Below are positions 47,372 to 51,466 of a stretch of 51,466 nucleotides of DNA, piece after piece. Within the stretch, counting starts at the first letter, position 1. Every line of letters begins with the position of its first letter. Under the pieces are notes generated by a model, which was not told the origin of the DNA, did no database searches, and saw only the letters and a list, made by a program, of their open reading frames with translations. Source of the DNA: a virus (lineage: Duplodnaviria; Caudoviricetes); the IMG/VR virus record IMGVR_UViG_3300021090_000029, positions 1-51,466 of that record; one strand, written 5' to 3'. The position numbers were made by a program, and so were the translations under genes.

Positions 47372-48470
47372 CTTGCATCCTTACCACGTCCCCAAAAGGC
47401 GGGTCTGCGTCCTTCGTCATTGTAGCCCAAATGACGGGATAATTCGGCGGCGTCTCCGGAAACTCCCCATAAAGATCGGTCAAGTAGATCAGCACTTTAG
47501 GCGGGGACTCATCACAATGAGCAAACACGGGCCGAAAGTCTGTTCCCCCGCCGCCCCTCGGCTCAAACTGCCCGGCTGACACTAACTCCCCAGGCTCAAA
47601 AGTCTGAATATGCCCTATCTCTGCGTCACACCAGATCATTTCAACGGCCGCGCCGGTTTCGTCGGCTATGGAGACGACTTCCCCGATAAATTGTTTTAGA
47701 ATGTCCCCGCAAATTGACCCAGACGTATCTATGGCCACGGTTATCTTAGACCATCCCTCCGAATAAAGGCCGGGGAAATAAAGTCCCCTGTGGATCAGCC
47801 GCCGCGATGGTTTTGTCCAAGAGTAATCTTCCTTCCTGCAACTGTCTACAAACGGCCTTAATTGGAGCCTCCAATCAATTAACGGATTTACGATTTCGTC
47901 TATGATCCGTTCCAGCCCGGCGGGCAAACTCCCCCGGCTCTTGGCCGATCGGGCGGCCTCCGCTATAACCCCCCGCATTCCCGCTTCTGTTTTTTGCGTG
48001 TCTTTACCGCCGTTGGCGTCTCGGCATGCCCCGAAATTATAAAAACCTTTGATCTTTTTGGCATGTTTGAATAGATCATCGTAAACCCTATCGACAGTCC
48101 AATCATTATCATACTTGTCGTCTAAAAGACAGCCGGGGGGTAATTCCGCCCCCTGCTTCGTAAGAATCCGGTTAATGATGTAGTCTCCGGCGATGTTCCA
48201 AAGTAGCGGATCGCGGCCGTTCCGTCTGGTAATATGAAGAAAGCAAATATGAAGGGCCTCATGCTCCAAAAAAGCCCTTATCTGATTGTCGGTGAGTTTA
48301 TCTATAAACTCCGTACCATAGCCGATAACCCGACCGTCGGTGTATCCGGTAGGCTGGCTGTTGTCCTCTTTCAAAAGCAGTCGGGTAACTAAAAGACCAT
48401 AAAAAGGTTGCCCCCCGACGGCTTTTAACAGATTGATCCTCTGTTTAACGATCCTATCATGGGCTGTCAT
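47364..48470 (-). CDS. DUF2201-type metallopeptidase-like plus VWA domain protein
   Basis: HEALH, WNIA.D..IN, DTSGS MIDAS, GGGGTDF, TD.YG. Confidence 0.85.
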   Translation of the reverse strand: MTAHDRIVKQRINLLKAVGGQPFYGLLVTRLLLKEDNSQPTGYTDGRVIGYGTEFIDKLTDNQIRAFLEHEALHICFLHITRRNGRDPLLWNIAGDYIINRILTKQGAELPPGCLLDDKYDNDWTVDRVYDDLFKHAKKIKGFYNFGACRDANGGKDTQKTEAGMRGVIAEAARSAKSRGSLPAGLERIIDEIVNPLIDWRLQLRPFVDSCRKEDYSWTKPSRRLIHRGLYFPGLYSEGWSKITVAIDTSGSICGDILKQFIGEVVSIADETGAAVEMIWCDAEIGHIQTFEPGELVSAGQFEPRGGGGTDFRPVFAHCDESPPKVLIYLTDLYGEFPETPPNYPVIWATMTKDADPPFGDVVRMQDE

Positions 48471-48718
48471 GCTAGTCTTATGTCCTCTTTCCAACACCAA
48501 TAACCCTGACATGGGCGGGTGTGCCCGCCGCAACTGCGCAAGGTCACGCATTTCGGCCACTCAACTGCCCAACTGTTATCGCGTTGGTCAAAAAACCGAA
48601 CCACTCCACGGGTCCCTTTTTTGATAGCCATGCCACCCAAGTCCAATACAGCTATAACCTCATCGCCGGGCAATATCCCAACTAAATCCCCGGCGATTTT
48701 CCGGGATAGTTTACTCAT
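48467..48718 (-). CDS. MSKLSR-leader family, copy 15
   Basis: MSKLSRKIAGDLVGILPGDEV. Confidence 0.8.
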   Translation of the reverse strand: MSKLSRKIAGDLVGILPGDEVIAVLDLGGMAIKKGTRGVVRFFDQRDNSWAVEWPKCVTLRSCGGHTRPCQGYWCWKEDIRLA

Positions 48719-48719
48719 C

Positions 48720-48752
48720 TTACCCCGCAATCCGGCGCGATAGATCGCTCAC
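48720..48752 (-). pseudogene. leader-only copy 16 of the MSKLSR family (MSDLSRRIAG*)
   Basis: GTG AGC GAT CTA TCG CGC CGG ATT GCG GGG TAA. Confidence 0.7.
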
Positions 48753-49735
48753 ACCAACACCGCCTTGTTCTTCTCGCACCACTTTTCGTACTCTGGATTA
48801 TCCCGCATCGTCCGATGCTTTCTTAGGGCATCCTGGACGATAAGCGTTGCGAACTCCGCCGGGAGCCGTTGTGCATAAATCATGACACGTCCGAAATTAT
48901 CTGGCGTTGTTACGTCCCCTAAAGATGTGGCCACGGCGTACATCGCGGACGTATTCTCAGACGGCGGGACCCGGGCGCTTTTCGGAGATTTTAGGATTTC
49001 TTCCGTTGTCGGCAACTCCCGCCACGTTTTCAGAAATCCATCGTATTCGATTGCCGCGCCCTCGCCGACCGCCCCGGCGGACAAAAGAAATTCCATGCCA
49101 GGATTATGGTTCGCCTTCAAAAGCCGGTCCAGCTTTTCCCATGACCGGGGAGTCGGAAACGCTTTTTCGTTTTTCTTTGTATCGTGATTAAACAGCATCA
49201 CTCTCCGGGCGCGGATGTAGCCGATTACCATCGGGCTAACCTTATTTGCTTGCGCCCACATGATCCATTCGTCTACGTCTGGCTCTAATGTGGCGTGCAC
49301 AAACCTATTAGCCAAGGCCGAGGACATAGAAAAGGCAATCGCCCGATCATTAAGCCTATTTCCCGCCGCGATAACATCCCATCCCTGAGGCAATTCATAG
49401 CTCCCTAAGCGCCGATCCAAAATCAATTGATAAAACGCCGCCTGGATACTAGGGGGGGCCGCCGTCAATTCGTCCAGAAACCATATCCCCGACCCCTCCG
49501 TGGGGAATTCCGCCGGGACAAGCCACTTTGTACGATCCCCCACCGCCGCCGGGACTCCCCGAGTATCCACGGCATCCATTTGCGAGGCCCTTGTATCATA
49601 TAATACCCGCCCCATTTCCTCGGCCACCTGCCGGACGATAGCCGATTTCCCGATCCCTGGCCCGCCCTCAATATAGACAGGTTCGTGGCAAGAGACCGCC
49701 GTAAACAGCAGGGCGCGGAGTTCTGATGGTTTCAT
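48749..49735 (-). CDS. MoxR-type AAA+ ATPase
   Basis: GGPGIGKS, FLDE, AAGNR..D, AL.NRF, TPRSW. Confidence 0.9.
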   Translation of the reverse strand: MKPSELRALLFTAVSCHEPVYIEGGPGIGKSAIVRQVAEEMGRVLYDTRASQMDAVDTRGVPAAVGDRTKWLVPAEFPTEGSGIWFLDELTAAPPSIQAAFYQLILDRRLGSYELPQGWDVIAAGNRLNDRAIAFSMSSALANRFVHATLEPDVDEWIMWAQANKVSPMVIGYIRARRVMLFNHDTKKNEKAFPTPRSWEKLDRLLKANHNPGMEFLLSAGAVGEGAAIEYDGFLKTWRELPTTEEILKSPKSARVPPSENTSAMYAVATSLGDVTTPDNFGRVMIYAQRLPAEFATLIVQDALRKHRTMRDNPEYEKWCEKNKAVLV

Positions 49736-49747
49736 GTGTCCCCCTGA

Positions 49748-49776
49748 GTGATATCATTCGCCTTCGTTGTTGTCAA
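49748..49776 (-). promoter_or_regulatory. possible sigma70 promoter upstream of the ATPase
   Basis: TTGACA-17 nt-TATCAC with TG extension; -10 imperfect. Confidence 0.4.
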
Positions 49777-49786
49777 GCTGTTTTTG

Positions 49787-49847
49787 GCCCGACGCGACCC
49801 GGCCTCCGCAAGGGCCGCGTTTCGTCCTCACCGGACTCGTCAGGGGC
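49787..49847 (-). ncRNA. hammerhead ribozyme, type I
   Basis: GCCC CUGACGA GUCC-gguga-GGAC GAAA CGCGGCCC...GGGUCGCG UC^GGGC. Confidence 0.9.
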
Positions 49848-49849
49848 AG

Positions 49850-50596
49850 TTACCTGATTTTTCCCTCCCACAAAACCTTCCCGCCTTTCCCCCCGTGAAG
49901 TCTCCATTTCTCGCCGCCGAAGGATGGGACTAGCCCCATTTCCCATAGATCAACGGCGGCCTGGAACGGATAAGTCGTCGTTCGAATTTTCTCCGCGCAT
50001 TTCCACGACTTGCGAGGGAGAGCAAAGAACGATCCGGTATAAGCCAAGGCGCTTCCCCAGACGCTTCCCCAGGCGCTTCCCCTGACGCTTTCCCTGACGC
50101 TTTCCCTGACGCTTTCCCAGGCGCTTTCCCCGACGCTTCCCCAGACGCTTCCCCAGACGCTTTCCCCGACGCTTTCCCTGACGCTTTCCCCGACGCTTTT
50201 CATGACGCTTTCCCAGACGTTTGACCATTGTTTTAATAGGGTCAGGTGTTTTGCCGTTATCTTTTTCGGGGGCGCGACCCGGAACGGATGGACGATCGGC
50301 TTGCGGACGAGAATCTTATCCAGCTTCGCAAGCCACTTCTTGTGTGCCGTCGTTGCCTCCGCCATGTGGACTTCGCTCCACCAATCCGGCGGAGCGTCCT
50401 CGTCCAGCCGGAACTTCCACTTGTCCGGCGCGAGATAAGACCCGTTGGCCGGGGCTATCTCGAACCGCGCCCAGTCCCGGGTATATCCGTCGTCTTTTAA
50501 CACATAGTCGCGGACAAGGTCTTCATGCGCATCCGTGCCGAATTTCCAAATGACCTTGCCTGACTCTAGGATCAGCCCGGAAAAGGCTTTACACAT
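49850..50596 (-). CDS. hypothetical protein with SVxE/SVWG tetrapeptide repeats
   Basis: 248-aa ORF. Confidence 0.75.
   Translation of the reverse strand: MCKAFSGLILESGKVIWKFGTDAHEDLVRDYVLKDDGYTRDWARFEIAPANGSYLAPDKWKFRLDEDAPPDWWSEVHMAEATTAHKKWLAKLDKILVRKPIVHPFRVAPPKKITAKHLTLLKQWSNVWESVMKSVGESVRESVGESVWGSVWGSVGESAWESVRESVRESVRGSAWGSVWGSALAYTGSFFALPRKSWKCAEKIRTTTYPFQAAVDLWEMGLVPSFGGEKWRLHGGKGGKVLWEGKIR
50047..50220. repeat. 12-bp coding tandem repeat (~14 units, consensus GACGCTTTCCCC)
   Basis: Read directly. Confidence 0.9.
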
Positions 50597-50741
50597 ATGA
50601 CCGGATTCCGACGTTGAAAGGGAGGAATCCGACCGACGCCAAGAACAGGAAAAGGACTCCCAGGTCTATCCCGAGATAGTCCGCGAGTCCTACCGCAGCC
50701 CCAATCGTGAGGCCCACCTTCGCCAGCCTGATGAGATACAT
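50589..50741 (-). CDS. 50-aa membrane peptide
   Basis: Hand translation MYLIRLAKVGLTIGAAVGLADYLG...; AGGAG RBS. Confidence 0.55.
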   Translation of the reverse strand: MYLIRLAKVGLTIGAAVGLADYLGIDLGVLFLFLASVGFLPFNVGIRSYV

Positions 50742-50806
50742 GCGGTTCTCCTATCGTTTTATTCCCGGCCCCCATATCTAACTAGATAGACGGCCGGGTG
50801 AGAAAT

Positions 50807-50908
50807 TCAGAGATACCGGACACAAAGAGCCCAAAAGCAGATCGTCAGATACATCAGGACGGTCAAGGCCGCCCCGATCCCGAGGATGTTCCAAGCTGTC
50901 TTAGTCAT
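50807..50908 (-). CDS. 33-aa membrane peptide
   Basis: MTKTAWNILGIGAALTVLMYLTICFWALCVRYL; AAGGAG RBS. Confidence 0.55.
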   Translation of the reverse strand: MTKTAWNILGIGAALTVLMYLTICFWALCVRYL

Positions 50909-50932
50909 TCCGTTTCTCCTTCCGTGTCTTCT

Positions 50933-50984
50933 GGCCTCTTCAGTCTCCGCATTACGGAGAGACGGGGGAGTCCCCGTTTCGGCC
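50933..50984 (-). ncRNA. hammerhead ribozyme, type II
   Basis: GGCC GAAA CGGGG-acuc-CCCCG UC^UCUCCG-uaaug-CGGAGA CUGAAGA GGCC. Confidence 0.9.
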
Positions 50985-50986
50985 TG

Positions 50987-51466
50987 TTACTTCTCCTTCG
51001 CCTTGGCAATGGCGGACCCTGAGATTCCGAGGTCCTTCGCCCGATGGCTCGTCCGGGCGAATCCCAGGATTGCCTTCCGCGCCGCGCGATAGGCCTGGTC
51101 CTCGCAGTCGATGGCGCAAAAATGGGCCGCCAACTGCGCGGCGATCCTCGCATCCACCCGGACGCCCCTGGAGCCGCACCAGAGCGGCCAGCAGGCGTAA
51201 TCCAGGTCGGCCCCGCTCAGGTTGGCCCCGCGCAGGTCGGACCAGCTCAGGTCGGCCCCGCTCAGGTCGGCCCCGCTCAGGTTGGCCCCGCGCAGGTCGG
51301 CCCCGCGCAGGTCGGACCAGCGCAGGTCGGCCCCGCGCAGGTCGGCCCCGCGCAGGTCGGACCAGCTCAGGTTGGCCCCGCGCAGGTCGGCCCCGCGCAG
51401 GTCGGCCCCGCTCAGGTCGGCCCCGCCCAGGTCGGCCCCGCTCAGGTCGGCCCCGCTCAGGTCGGC
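50987..51466 (-). CDS. pentapeptide-repeat protein (5' end outside window)
   Basis: 15-bp repeats encoding A[DN]L[SR]G, then DLDYACWPLWCGS...KEK*. Confidence 0.85.
   Translation of the reverse strand, partial: ADLSGADLSGADLGGADLSGADLRGADLRGANLSWSDLRGADLRGADLRWSDLRGADLRGANLSGADLSGADLSWSDLRGANLSGADLDYACWPLWCGSRGVRVDARIAAQLAAHFCAIDCEDQAYRAARKAILGFARTSHRAKDLGISGSAIAKAKEK

Noticed and set aside
31173-48752. MSKLSR copies as integron cassettes or IS elements
   Set aside because: No attC-like palindromes, terminal inverted repeats, integrase or transposase seen
50047-50220. Tandem array as CRISPR
   Set aside because: 12-bp units with no spacers, in frame within a gene
50727-50760. Third hammerhead from CTGATGAG on + strand
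   Set aside because: No GAAA or compatible stems; lies antisense within a small ORF
51196-51466. 15-bp array as CRISPR or satellite
   Set aside because: Encodes pentapeptide repeats
1-51466. Alternative genetic code or integrated prophage
   Set aside because: Long genes are intact in the standard code; no integrase or host genes visible in the window

Overview
Near-complete genome of a tailed dsDNA bacteriophage (podovirus-like: no tape measure or sheath gene seen, with adaptor/nozzle-like and ejection-protein genes). The right end breaks inside a pentapeptide repeat. Positions ~1-900 are a repeat-rich non-coding control region. The + arm (0.9-31.3 kb) carries portal, scaffold, major capsid, fibres/tailspikes, GroES, tail, M15 endolysin, internal virion proteins, lysis genes and a distal terminase large subunit. 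The convergent - arm (31.2-51.5 kb) carries primase-polymerase/helicase, nucleases, a MoxR-type AAA ATPase with its VWA partner, and many small genes. No integrase, RT, CRISPR, tRNA or family A/B DNA polymerase was recognised. Main discovery: 15 full copies plus one leader-only copy of a small-gene family scattered through the - arm. Each full copy has a constant N-terminal leader (MSKLSRxxAxxLxG) fused to a highly variable predicted SH3/KOW-like barrel, and the leader DNA supplies the upstream gene's stop codon in 14 of 16 cases. Also seen: two canonical hammerhead ribozymes directly after stop codons in the presumed early region, and a second shuffled cassette region built from junction-spanning repeats. 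All annotations come from motif reading by eye; no database searches were run.
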